A stretch of DNA of 64,000 bases. It comes from Chrysomallon squamiferum. Its lineage: Eukaryota > Animalia > Mollusca. Below are positions 48,768 through 63,000 of the stretch, in pieces (positions within the stretch are counted from its first letter, which is position 1; each line of letters opens with the position of its first letter). The notes below the pieces were generated by a model, which saw nothing but the letters and a program-made list of their open reading frames with translations, did not search any database and was not told where the DNA came from. The stretch covers positions 12,834,001-12,898,000 of the forward strand of contig CM022667.1 of assembly GCA_012295275.1 (NCBI GenBank), in the 5' to 3' direction. The translations under genes were made by a program, and so were the position numbers.

Positions 48768-51700
48768 ATACCGCAGCCAGTGCCACCTGCTCACATTACA
48801 ACACCACAGCCTGTGCCCCCGCCACATCAAGTTCAGCCCCCACAGTCCACAGCACCTTCCCATCCGGTTCAGCCCCCTCAACAAGTTCCCCCTCCTCAGA
48901 CAGTGCACACCCCTCAAGCTGTACCCCCTCCACAGTCTGTACAACCACCACAGCCAGTTCCAGTTGCCCAACCGGTACCTTCTGCACAGACAGGCCCTGG
49001 CCCTGTACCTTCATCTGCAGACGCTTACCGACCTGCTTTTGACCATCCCCCACCTCATCCCCATCCAGTCCAGAGGGAGGTACCGCACGAGTTCCCACCC
49101 ATTCCGACTGGCCCCTCGCCCATAGAGTCGCTCCCTGCTCACGAATCGAGAGGGTCTGTGGACTTCAGGAGCGAGGTGCGCGAGTCGCCAAGAGACTTCC
49201 GCGATTTCCCTCCCGAGCCGAAAGAACCCTACAGCGGCCGCGACGCGCACGAAGACTCGCGGTCGAGAGACTCCTACGACGACAACTGGGACTACCGCAG
49301 CCGCAGTCGCAGTCGACGCAGCTCAAGAGACAGCGACACGCGCGATTCGAGGGATTTTTCGCGCTCCAGTTCACGCGAGGGCTCCCAGGACTCGCAGGAT
49401 CATCACGACCGGAGTCGGGAGTACCGAGATTACCGAGAGCGAGAGAGAGAGCGGACGCATCGCGAAGACAGGGAGAGAGACAAGATTAAGGAGAGAGACA
49501 GATCGGGAGAGTTCGTGGAGAAAGAAGGAAGACCCAGAACACCAACGATGCCTGCAAGGAGGAGGTCCTTTGAAAGGTCACGGTCAAGGTCACCACCAGG
49601 GAGAGAACCAATCCGACCTCCTGAACCACCCCCTCCAGATAATGAAGATATGGAATCCGGTATGGTTTGTTTATTTAAGACAGTTATTTCTTTCTGGCTG
49701 TTGTGTAGTTATTTTAATTTTTTTTTGTCATATATTTAATTACTTGTTTATTTTTTAAATGTATAATGTTGTTTTATTTACTAATCTATATATTTCGTCT
49801 ATTCTGTTTTATTATCACACATAATTTAAATGATTGATTGATATCATTTTTGTTTTTGTTTACATTTATTTATCATTCTGTTTGTTTAGCATATTTATAA
49901 ATGATACATTTAGATACTAATTTTCTTCTCTGTTATTTATTTATAAAATTTTGTTTGTATTATAATTACTTGATTTAGCATTATTTGTTTATTTATTTAA
50001 TGGTTTAAATAGTTGTCTTTTTCTGTTTTCATACTTAATTCATTTATTTATATTTTGAGAGATAAATAGAAAATGCTGTTAATTCATTTATTTGAAATAT
50101 GTTTCTGTTTATTTAAGGAGAACTCCTGGAGGAGGGATTGGAGGAGATTTATGAAAACCTGTCTCCTGATACTTCGCCATTAATTACAAACTTTTCTGAT
50201 GGTGAAATTCCAGTACGTTAACATTGTTTTTATTTTTACTTGTAACAAATTGAAGTAGAAAAGATTTTTATTTTTTTTTTTCAAAAGCCAAATTAAAATT
50301 ATCACAAGGCTTTTAGTATTCTGAGTAAAAATCAAAAGTATACCAGTGGTGTTACAAGCAAAATGTCAATTTTTTTTACATACATCCAGTTTTATTGTCT
50401 TAATTGTTATTCAACCACCAATTTTGGATAATAATAAAGTTTAGCAGTATTGTATTGAGCCTGAAAGGATGCATGGATAGTGCTGTTTTCTCCTCTCTCT
50501 TTTTTTTTTTTTAAGTGAGATTTTGTCAAATGTGAAAACAAGACTGACAGACAAACTGTGAACAGCAGTTTTTACCAGTGATTTACTTTGTTTTGCTTGA
50601 ACATCTTTACATGCAAATCACTGAAAAGTGGCTACATCAGTCAGTTTATAACGATGTTTATTATTATTATTATTATTATTTTTTTTTTTTACTTGTATTG
50701 TGAAAAATATGAATCTCTGCATCCTTAAATGCTCATTGCATTATTGTTCTCTTTTATTATTCTCATTGTTGGTATTGAAAAAAACAAAATTATTTGTTTG
50801 TACTGCCACAGGTACACTTTAAAGTTCAACTTAAAGAAATGTTTATAATATATGCTTTTATAGCACTGCATCTTAAATGCTTACATTATAGCGCTGCTTA
50901 TGTCAAATGCTTTTTTACAGTTGAATTTGTAAGGCAAGTATATAAGCTTGTTGTGCATATAACCAGCTTCAACTGCTTATTAGGATTAAAGTGTACCTTT
51001 GGTGAAGTAATCAGTGTAAATATATTGTCATTACTTTGAAAATATTTTTATTTGGATTTCTTTTCTTTTTTTTCCTTCTTTTTTTTTGTGTAATGGGGGG
51101 GGGGGCATTTGTCCAGTCTCAGTTAATAAACAAGAAAAGCTATAAATAAGTATTGTTAAAAAGTATTTGAGTGTAGTAAATAAGAAATTTAAAGCATGAT
51201 ATCATTTGTTATCACATACAAGGTTTTGGGCTAAAGTTTCTCAAGTATTGTCAGAAAAATAGAGTGGTAAGTTTGCATGTGATGTGATGATATCATCTTT
51301 AAAGGGCAAAATGGCAGAATACCAGCATTTATAATATTGTTATTTTATTTTCATGGATAGGTTGCGCAAGACAATTTTAACAGAAATTTGAAATGTAAAG
51401 AATTTTATTTAATCGTATATTTATACCACAGATGGGTACACTTTAATTAAAATAATGCTTCTTAAACTTACAGAAATTTGTTTTTTTTCTCAACATAATA
51501 TTCCTTGCTTTATTTATAAAGTTAAGCAAAAAGTATATCTTCGGTGTGAATTCATAACTAAAATGTTTCTGTATTCTTGTAAAACATAATAAGTGTATTT
51601 TGTATTTCTGTCGATAAAGTTATTTCTGTAAATGTTTAGAATTTAAACAAAAAAATTTGATCTGGTATGCATGGAGTTAAAGCTTTATCTACATAGATTT

Positions 51701-54617
51701 TAAAATTTAAGAAATAATGTTTTTGATAGGAAGGGGAAGATGCAGGTTATGAAGATATTTCATCTGAAGATGATTTTACTGGAGAAGATACTGATGTAAT
51801 TCCTGTAAGTTTATAGAAAACTGAATGGGCACTTTAAAGAATATTTTTTTAGTCAAAATAACATTAAAACATTATTTCTGTCGCTTTAGCTAGCCCATCA
51901 TTACACTCTTTGAGTTTAACTGCTTTTGCAACCATTCACAACTTAACAGATTCAAATTTTAATTAATTGCTTTAGCTACAATTCACAGTTCAAAATAAAA
52001 ACATTTTTTAGTTAATTGCTTTACAAAATTTTCAAAATCTAAAATTTAATAACATTTTTGTTAAAATGTTTGTAAATTATAAAGAAGATTATATGCAAAT
52101 GAACTGTTTTCCAAAAAATATTTCTGTAATACCCACTATTTGGGTAGGTTAAAATAAAGTTCAGTTAATGTTTTCTACATTAATAAACATATTTTTGAAA
52201 TGAATTTGATTAAAGTATATTAGTTCAATTAAATGAATTTGATTACATTTAATTAGTTCTTTTAAATGAATTATATTAAAGTACTTTTATTATATCATAT
52301 TTTCAATGTAAATTGATTTGGTTAAACAGCTTAAAAACCTGCTATTCTTTTTTTTAAAACATATATTATGTATTTATTTTATTTCAAAGGTTTTTTTTTA
52401 TTATTATTCATTTTTTTTTTTACTTGCAGAAATAATATGATTTAAACATTTCATAATATTTTAAATTATATATTTGATATATTTTTAATTTTTTAATGAT
52501 TAGATGTTTTATTTTATATGATGGATATCTGATATGTATTACATGTTTTACAGATTTATTCATTTACTTTTCAGTGTGAGATAATTTGGAATATAAAAAA
52601 AAAAATAACTTTTATGTTTAGATATTTCATATTTGTTTTATTTTTCAGGGATTTGATCATTTCTTTTATATGTTATTTATTTATTTAATTATTTTTGCAT
52701 ATCATTTATTTATTTATTTATTTTTGCATATTATTTATTTATTTATTTATTTTTGCTTATTATTTATTTGATTTTTTATTGTTTATTTCAGGGTTTTGAT
52801 ATTGAAGATATCATCGATGACTCCTGGGAATTCACAACACCTGTGTTCAACCCTCTGCAGTGCTACCTATCACCTCTTGGAGTAAGTTTGTACAACATCA
52901 GCAACAACAACAGCAACAGTAGTAGTTACCAAAGTAATAAACAGTGCAGAGTTCGATATTTGGATGAACGGTCACCAGAGTACAGTGCTATAAATATTAA
53001 AAAAAAAAAAAAAAAAAAAAACAAAAACACAAAACAGTAAGAACAAAAACTCTATGCAGTGCTACCTGCCACATCTTGGAGTAAGTTTTTACAATAATAA
53101 TAATAATTACCAAAGTAATAAAAAGGGCAGGGTTTGGTATTTTGATGAGTAGGGTTAAAGATAATAAAAAGAGAAAAAAAAAACAAAAAAAACACCCAAT
53201 AACAACAACTACCTTCTTACTTAACACAGACAAAATTCATTTGTATTTTATTAACAGACATTAACCTTTCCTAATAATAAAGTATGATCATGACATAACA
53301 ACCTCACAAGGCTGATATTTCATGACACAATAACTTTGGATTCATTTACTGAACCTCATAAAATATTTTTACATTTCTTTGTGTGAAATGACACCAGGAA
53401 ATCAGGGGGGGGGAAAAATGGCAGTCTCAGTGCATTTTTTTTGAACACATGTTATCTTATTAATAATATACTTTATTATTAGCAAACGTTGATTTTGTAT
53501 AAATAACAAAAAGACATTAATGGCACTTTTTTCTTCATATGACTGATGCTCTTTCAGTTTGTGTGGACTGTTGTTTAGCGAGTTCTCGTTCATCTTATTT
53601 CTCATGAAACTTTCAGATATTAACGGATCCATCACTGACCCCATTTGAACAGGAAATGTTGAGTCTCGAGTCACAGCAGACCATGGACTGTCCAGAAGAA
53701 GCAACAGCTCTGTCAGAAATTGTCAAACAGTTTGCTGGGAAAGAGAAACACGAAAAGTAATCAGACTTTTTAAATAACAGCCTCATTCCACATCAAATTG
53801 CCAAGTGGATGAAACCTAAGAAACATTTTTTTTTTTTTTTTTTCAGGAAATTAGTAGTTAGTATAATTGTGGCAAAAAAAACTCTGATATTTTAATACTG
53901 ATATTAGCATGACCTGAAAAAAAAAATTAGCAATTTGTTTTGGTATGACCCTGTGGCCAAAAAAAAGTTTTCTAAGTCAATCCTGAAATGGCATGAAATG
54001 TCATTCATTTTTGCACAGGGATGGGAATGACAACCTTCTGACCCTTGGCATCTTGAAAAGGCTTTGATTGTATACAAGATATTTTGTATAATGTAAATTG
54101 AATTATATTAAATAAGTTAGAAATCTTTTTGTTAAGAAACTTTTTAGTAAAAAATTTTCTCCCACAAAAATTATGTTTTAGATGTGATTGATGTAGATTG
54201 TAAATAAGTTAGAAATCTAAGAAACATTTATTTTCTCCCACTTTTAGATGGGTTGAAGCTCTAGAAGAAGTACCTAATCATTTAGTGAAAGGACTAAGTT
54301 ATCTCCTTGTCAAAGAGAAAAAACAAGGTATGTATTTTATTTTTAAATTATTGTATAAATTTAAAAAAAATTACTTTCAATAATAACTTCTTTTTTTTTT
54401 TTTTTTTTGTATTAATTTGGGGATGCTTGAAACAAACAAATCAATGTTTTTGTTTTGTTTTTTAAAATAAGCTTGTGAGGTTGGAAAATGTCTAATGATT
54501 ATGTGTTCTTTTTGAAGGGCATAAGGAAGGAACAAAATCAGTTTACTAAAACCATCAGAACTTTTATCTTTAACATATTAAAAAAAGGTGTGTGTGTAAG
54601 TGTGTCTAAATATAAAT

Positions 54618-54657
<40 letters not shown>

Positions 54658-56957
54658 TGTTTTATTTTGTTTTGAATAGATCTATTGAACCAGCTTATAG
54701 ACTGGACAATGGATGGCCTTGACCTTGACCAAGCAATGGTCCAGCCAGAATCAGCCTTCAAAGTTCGACACTTGAAAATGGGAATCCGACTGTCTGGGTG
54801 TCTGTGTTCACTCTCTTCAAACATCACAAACAAACTGCTGGTAAAAAAAATAAATAGTTGTTTATTCTGCTCCTCCCTCAAAAGTTAACAGGACCCACCC
54901 TTAGTGAGACACCAACAGGTTTTCAGTTTGTTTGCTGTAAGATGGGGGTTGGGGAAATAAAAAAAAAATGTTTAGTCTTTGATTACTAAGAAGTAATTAT
55001 GTAGACACCAGTTGTTAATGTGTTTAGTAGTATTTAATAACAATGAGTGTACTGTTTTGGTTTATAATAATATGCATATTTGTAATGACATTTTGTGAGA
55101 ATGCTATTAGCACTGCTTTATTTAATAATAATAAATATGTTTTTTAATAACACAGTTTTTGGGATTATTACTATAAATATATTTTAATAATGAATTTTAA
55201 TTAAAAAACAAAACAAATTCTTTAGTAAAACATAAAATTTAATCATAATTTGTAGTGTTTCATTCTTTTTAAACAATTTGTTTTTAAAATAATAATATAT
55301 TTCTTAATAACATTGTTTGTATTAGTTAATATAGTTTAATAATAAAATAGTGGATTTTTTTTGTTTTTTTTACATTAGAAATAATAATAATTAAAAATAT
55401 ATTTTAATAATAAAAATTTTAAAAATTCTTTAGAAGTAATATTAATAAATATTTTTGATTTGATTTTTAGTGATTCATTAATTTTTTATTTTTTATACTA
55501 ATATTTTATAATAATAGTAAAAATAATAATAATAATGACAACATTTTCAATCAGGTAAAAGAAGTTCAGCACAAACTGATTGATTTGTTTGTGTCGCCAT
55601 ACATGGCATTCAGCATCAAACTTCACATTCTCAAAGCTCTTGATCAGACCATTTACTTCACTGACGGAATACGATGGTTGCTAGGGACACACCCAGATCA
55701 GGAACCAAAATCAGAGAAACAACACACATGTTATCAGAGAATTCTAGACAGCATGCTTTCAAAACAGGTGAAAATTTAATATCAAACTTTATTAACAGTT
55801 TTCCAGTTATCAAACTGTATTATTAACAGTTTCCAGTTATCAAATTGTATTATTAACAGTTTCCAGTTATCAAACTGTATTATTAACAGTTTCCAGTTCC
55901 AACAGTGCTGTATGTCTGTATGATTTTTCTGTATTTACAAAAATAACTTTACTGGTAGTAAGTTTTTAAATTTCATAGTAAAACAGGTGATTGGCAAATA
56001 ATAATCATTCGTTACACAATATTTGTTAATTTTAAAAATGTTTCAGTGTCTGTGTTAATGCTGTTGAAGACAAAATGCATTTGTTGAAATGTCAGTTGAT
56101 TATATTGTGTATTTCTGTACAATTTGTAAAATATAAATTATTATAAAACTAATGAAATATACATTTTTATACAACTTGTAGAATATAAATTTGTATACAG
56201 TTATTAAAAAATAAATATTTATAAATCTTGTAAAATGTAAATTATTACACAACATGTAAAATATAAATTATGATAAATCTTGTAAAATATAAATTATTAT
56301 GCAACTTGTAAACTGTACATTTTTAGATGTGTAGAATATAAATAGTTAGTAAAATATAAATTATTATAAATCTAGGTAAAATATAAATTATTTTAAAACT
56401 TGTAAAATTTAAATTTCTAAACATCTTTATAAATATAAATTTTTATACAGCATGTTAAAATGTAAATTATTAAAGAACCTGTCAAATATAATTTTTTTTT
56501 TTTTTTTTTTTTTTTTTCAGCTGTCCTGTACAACAGCAGGCTTGTCGTCATTGCTGACTAAGATCCATACTTACGAACTGTTCAACAGCTTATCTGAGAA
56601 AATTGATACGTTAGTCATTTTATCATACTAAAATTTTGTGACCATTTTTCTTAGTGGTAGTAGTTTTTTTTAAAATTATTATTAGCAGTTGTAGTATTTG
56701 TTACTATTATTGTTATTCTTTTCATTAGCATTAATATAAGTATTGTTGTTATTGTTATTGATCTTACGAATACTATATTGGTGCAGTAGTCATTGGGATA
56801 TTTTCAATTCTAACCAGTACTCTTCAAGTAGTACATGATTGTATCAAAGCTTTGGCATTGTTTTCCTAACTATGGGAAGGTAAATTGGAAAAATATCTTG
56901 TTGCTATTTGACAAGAACAGTACATGATGTGAGTTTTCTGATATCACTATATGTATA

Positions 56958-57009
<52 letters not shown>

Positions 57010-60000
57010 TATATGTATACATCTATATATCTATATCAACCAACCTATCTATTCTATCTGTCTGTGTATATAAATATTGAACTATACACACACACAGACA
57101 CATATAACAATTCTTGCTAACAATACGTCACACAATTTATGTTTTAGTGTGTTGCGCAGTCTGCCGTCAGTAGATGATGAAGATTCTGTGAAGAGTAAAG
57201 AAGAGCAGGTCGCTGACTCTGAAACAGGACTTCACACACCTGCACTTGACGAGAAGGATGTTGACCTCATTGTTACCTGTCTGACGGAGGTGTGCAGGGT
57301 GTTTGTTCATGCAGAACAGCTCATCGTAAGTACAGAACTTTGGTTTCAGCAGCTGTTAATATCTGTGAGTCTACAAACATGTCTGTCTGAGGCATGACCT
57401 TTCTGTTTATATACAGAAATGTTTGTGAGTACAGTTATTTCTATAGAAAAGTCAACTCTTCTGTATCTTCCCTATCCTTAAATGATTAGGTTAAAAATAA
57501 ATGGTTTATTAATTTTTATTTTAACTAAAGTAAATATTGAAATATATTCTAAACAGTGGTTTTAAAAAAAAGAAAAATTGGTTATGGGAACTTCCAGGAG
57601 TGTGTTAAAGATAAATACAATTGTTCTGTCTCCCTGCTAAGTGAATCATTTATCAAAATTCTGTAGAGTTTTCTGAAATGGCTGAAATGAAACACTGGGT
57701 GCTAGGAATCATGATAGGAAGACAAAGGTTTGGAAACCATGATATAACCTACAAAATAAGCAGGTTTTTTTTAGTCATATTATTGTATGAAAGACTTACA
57801 GATGCAAAGACTATTTGTATTAAAGACATCTACATTACCAAGTTACTTCTCACACAAAAGAATGTAACGGACTGAATGAAACTGCTATAATGAATTAATG
57901 CAGTGAAGTCTGCAACAAATTTATTTACCATGGATAATATTAAAATATAATTTCAGTATTTTTTTATATAACCTAAGATCTGGGTGAAATTATCATGAAA
58001 CATTCGTTTTTATCCATTTTATATTTCTAGCTGCTGTTAGACTGGGCTTGTATTATGGTATATATAACAGTTTTCTTAACCATTATGATAAACATGTTTT
58101 TCACATTGTTTTCTGCCTCTGATGTTAGTACAGTTTTAAAGGTTGTACTGATATAATTAAAGAAATATTAATTTAGGTTCATGTGAACAGTATAGTAAGT
58201 TAAAAACTTTTATTGCAGGCACAATCAAAGACAGCTTTACCAAGTTCCACTGTGTTTGAGAAAAGTCCTCCTGCTACTGATCCGTATCCTGGCCTGTACA
58301 CCTTGGCTTACTCCTGGTAAGTTACACATCATCAACACCACTTTAAATAAAGGTACAGATATATCCCCATATAGGTACAGTATATTAAACTTCCATGTAT
58401 TTCAGTGTAATTCATTTTTTTATTTTTTTTATTTTTTTTTTTTTAACTTGGAATAAAATAAATGTTTGTTATTGTGAGCACCAGTAGCCTGAACACGTTA
58501 ACTTTTTCTGTAACATACAGTTTACAAATGATAGAGTGATAAGAAAAATAACAAACAAAAGATTAAGTAAGTTATTGATAAAACTGTTCCATCCAAAGAT
58601 TTGTTAATAGTTGCTTTTTATATATATATATATATATATATATCTTTCTTTAAAACTGTAATTTGCTTATAATAATGGTGGAATTTAATTATCCTTGGTT
58701 GCTATGTTCTTTATAAGACTTTTTCATTAAGAAACAGTCCAAGAACAATCTCCCCACCCAGAAAACCCCTACACAACATATTTGACACTTGTAAATTAAT
58801 AGTTATATATAGAAGTATGGTAAAAAAAAAAAAAAAAATTCTGAATATTAAAGGGTCTAGATCAGAAAGATTATTTTAAGAATACATAGGTCTCAATTAT
58901 TTTCTGAATGTTTTTGTTGTGTACTCACTTAAGCCACAAGGTTTATAAAAGATAAGTTATGTTACTTTTTGACAAATGTAAAATTCAGCAAACACATATA
59001 TTCATTTCTGATTTAGTTTATTATTCTTTTTTTTATTTATTCATTAATTTTTAATTTTTTTTTGTCTCAGTAATCTGTTGGAAAGCCTGTTTGTGCTGAC
59101 TTCTACTCCAGCGCTGTGTTGTCATTTGTCGATATTCTCGGCTGTACAGGACATTCTGCAGCATCTGATCAAGTCACAGTCAGGCCTCCTCTTTCTCAGC
59201 TCCAAACCAGACACGACCAACGGAATCATCCGATCTCTCATACAGGCACCCGTGAGATAGAGTTTCTAGTTTAAATAATTAGCTGACATTTTAATCTCTG
59301 TTTTCAAAATAGTGGTAGTCATCTGTATGATAATTTAAATAATTAGCAACATTTTAATTTTTGATTTCAAAATAGTGGTAGTCATCTGTATGTTAATTTA
59401 AATAATTAGCTGACATTTTAATCTTTGATTTTATAATAGTGGTAATCAGTTGTATTCAGTGATTATTGAATAGTGACATTACCCTAGAGTATTATCCAGA
59501 GTGCCTGAATGGAATAGATAATGAAATTAAATTTGTTATCAGATTTGTAATACATGTAATACATCATATATATATATATATATATATAGGTGTATGTGAT
59601 TTTATGTTTTATTGTGTGTATGTCTTCATGCAAATATTTGTTCTATAAACATGCATAGCACATGCTTTTTGGAACATGTGAATGTTTGGGAAGGTCATAT
59701 ATGTATGTAGGTATGTGTTTGTTGGTGTGTGAACAGCTATGTGTATTTATATGTATGTCTGCCCACTCTGTGTCCATATGTATAGCTGAACCTGTGTATC
59801 TGTCTAGGATTGATCACTGGTTACGATACAAAAAATTAATAATTTAAAATTTAACAACTGCGATGTGTAAATGTTGGATGAGTAAACAGTTTAAAAACAG
59901 TTTGACGTGTGACAACCAGTACATACAAACACAGACTGTAATCGACAGTGGTATGATTGTTTTAGGAAGAAAATGCTGAGGATGTTGGTTCTGATGAGAC

Positions 60001-63000
60001 TGCTGCCCGACAGCTTGGTCTGGAGTTGGTCTACCACTTGCAGGTTCTACAGTATGTGGACCACCTCATGGACTACCACAAGAAAAGTAAGTACAGTGAT
60101 TTTCAGGTGATGTTCATTTACCAATAGGTTATATTTTTTTCTGTAGTGATTTTCAACAGGTTTTACATTTATTTCAAAAGTGATTTTCAGATGTAAAATA
60201 GATTATTGATCAATAGTTTACATGGGTACATTTATTTCTATAGATGTTTTCAAATGTAAATTAAATTTCTGATCGTTAGGTAACACAGGTATATTTATTT
60301 CTGTAGATATTTTTCAAATGCAAATTAATTTGTTGACCAATAGGTTACATAGTAGGTTTATTTTTGTAGTAATTTACAAACTAAAGTTACGTAGGTTACA
60401 GATTTAAAAGTTAAAGCCAGTGCTTTAAAAATGTGAATTTTTCATTACTGTGATAATAGACTAATGTGTCTGCTTTATTTTAATTTTTTAATTTTTAGTA
60501 GATGATTTATCAGTAAATAGAATTCAAAATATTTTATCTATTCTGTTGTCAGTATTTGTTATTAAAATGACTGATGGAAAATAAAATGTTTTTGTAAAAT
60601 GTAAAATATTTATTTAAAATGATTGTTTTTTTTTTTTTTTTTTTTTCTGTTCAGATCCAAATCCAAAGAATACAGATGCCTCAGAACCACTTGGAATACT
60701 CCAGAATCTGTTTTCTATGACCTTCACCTCTGTCACACGAGATGGTGTTCCCATAGTAACGACAGCAGGCCGGGATGCAGTGGTATATGTACTTAGTCTG
60801 GAAGACAATCTGAAAATACTCTTCCCATTCCTAGAACTGACAGGTGAATTGTAACTCTCTGTCTGTGTCATAGTGTGTCTCTCTCTCTTTTCAACTTCTG
60901 ATGTTTTTCTTTTTGTCTTTGTGTGTGTGTGTGTGTGTGTGTGCATGTATTTGTGCATGTTTTTTTTTTTGTTTATGTGATTTTTCTTCTTTTTTTTTTT
61001 TTTCATTTTCTTGCTGATATTTTGTTTTTCACTGTCTGTTTGTCTTTAGTTATATATGTCTCACATTCTATTTTTTTTCTCTATCTTTCTCCATCTATTT
61101 TTTCTAGACTCTCTGAGGAGAAAACTTCATTTTTGTCTATCTCTTCCATTCTGTGTCTGTTTCTGCTACTTATCCTTTCTTCTACATCAGTTTTCTTTTA
61201 TCCGATTCTTTAAGTATCAATCTGTCTTATGCTGTTATTTTTGTTTTCTTTCTCTCAATATTGTCTCTTTTTTTCCTTTTTATTTAATTCTTTTTTCCCA
61301 TCTTCTCTCACTCTCTTTCTGTGAGTACAGTTAAATATCTGTATTTGTATTCCTGCAGGAGATCAAACAGTGGACAGACGCAGGAAGAAGTCTGTGTGCA
61401 CTGGGTATGCCACTCAGCTTCTCTGTCTTGTTGTCAAGATGTCAACAAATATCAAAATGTTGGAGAAGTACAAGACCAAACTGATTGCAATATCCGAAGA
61501 AGGTGAGTGAATACATTAATATTTACTTATGTTTCCTTTATTGATTTTACATATATTTATTAATGTGTTGACTTTAAGAAAGATGCCTGATCCAGAACAT
61601 TATTATTCAAAAATGATTTTTATTGGTTCTTTATAAATAGTTTTGTTTACTCATATTTAAATAAAAATGTTTTGTATATGAAAATACTTTAAGAAAGATG
61701 CCTTATGCAGAACATTATTTTTCAGAAACAAATTTTATAGTTTTTTTTTTTAAATAGTTTTGCTTGCACATATAATTTAAATAAAAATATTTCATATACA
61801 AAGTTGCCTATAATTTCAGTCAGCAATATGAAAAAAAAAAAAAGAAATATTGTTTTGTTTTGTTTTGTTTTTAAGACATCAACAGTCGAGTGAGTGATCT
61901 ACAGAACTGGTTGGCGCCGATGGTGAAGTTGACGACGATAACGCACAATGACCTGACTGCTGTGATAGGTCAGATGAAGCAGTACATGGACGATGTGCAG
62001 AAACTTCCTCCAGCTCTTATCACAACCCTGAGAATTCTTCACACACTCGTCATCAGTCCTCAAACCAAGTTTCCTCAAGGTATTATTCCTCAGACACAGT
62101 TTACTTAACTTAGTTAGTCCTTCAGCCTGACTTGTGTAATCTGTTCACTTCCAAAACCTAGTGTACTTAATCTCTGTAGTCCCCAAACTTAGTTTACTTA
62201 GTCTATTTAATCCTCAAACTTGGTTTACTTAAACTATTTAGTATTAAAACCAAGTTTACTTAATGATAATCTATTCAGTCCTCAAATTTACTGAATGTGT
62301 TACATAACCAGAAATGTATATGATAATTATGGACTAGACCCCAGTCTGAACATTTTTTAATGGTATACTTTGTTATGAGTGATGATATATCATCCAAAAC
62401 AATAAAATAATAACATGAAAGCATAACTGGGGAATAACTGATTATGGTCTTAGGATCTCAGTTTAATCTTGCTAAGGTAAGAATGGTGTAATTCAGAGAG
62501 GCTATGCCATTTGACCTGAGCAGGACAAAGCTGATAACCAGTCTTTTTTTCATTTCCTTTTATTCTGAATCCTACATACTACAAAAACTAAATATATGTA
62601 ATTAATTGTTTTCATTCTCATCTCACTGCTCTTGATCAGTTTCATGTATATTGGTTTTGATGTCACTTACACTTCAAAACAAAATAGTTCTTAAATAATG
62701 AAAAATTATTTGTTATTTTTGGGATGATTGTTTATTCACACTTATTATACTATTATGCTTTGTATTTATGGGGTGTTTTGTGTGTTTTTTAAACTTAAAT
62801 TTTATTATTTTAGATCAGCTGACAGAACTAAAATACAAGTATGCTCTACTGGAAATGTACAGTGAGGAGTGTTTTCCAATTCTACTTGGTTTTCTTCAGG
62901 TTAGACTCATCATCCTCATCCTCATCATCATCATCATCATCATCATCATTATAATTATTATTATTATATTACAGTATTCAGAAAATCATTAGCTGCTGTT

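Noticed and set aside
48619-49374. Overlapping alternative-frame and antisense ORFs in VIRMA exon 6
   Set aside because: Expected shadows of a GC-rich repetitive coding exon.
55777-56490. Regularly spaced ~30-bp repeats as a CRISPR-like array
   Set aside because: Eukaryotic intron, head-to-tail units without unique spacers, no cas genes.
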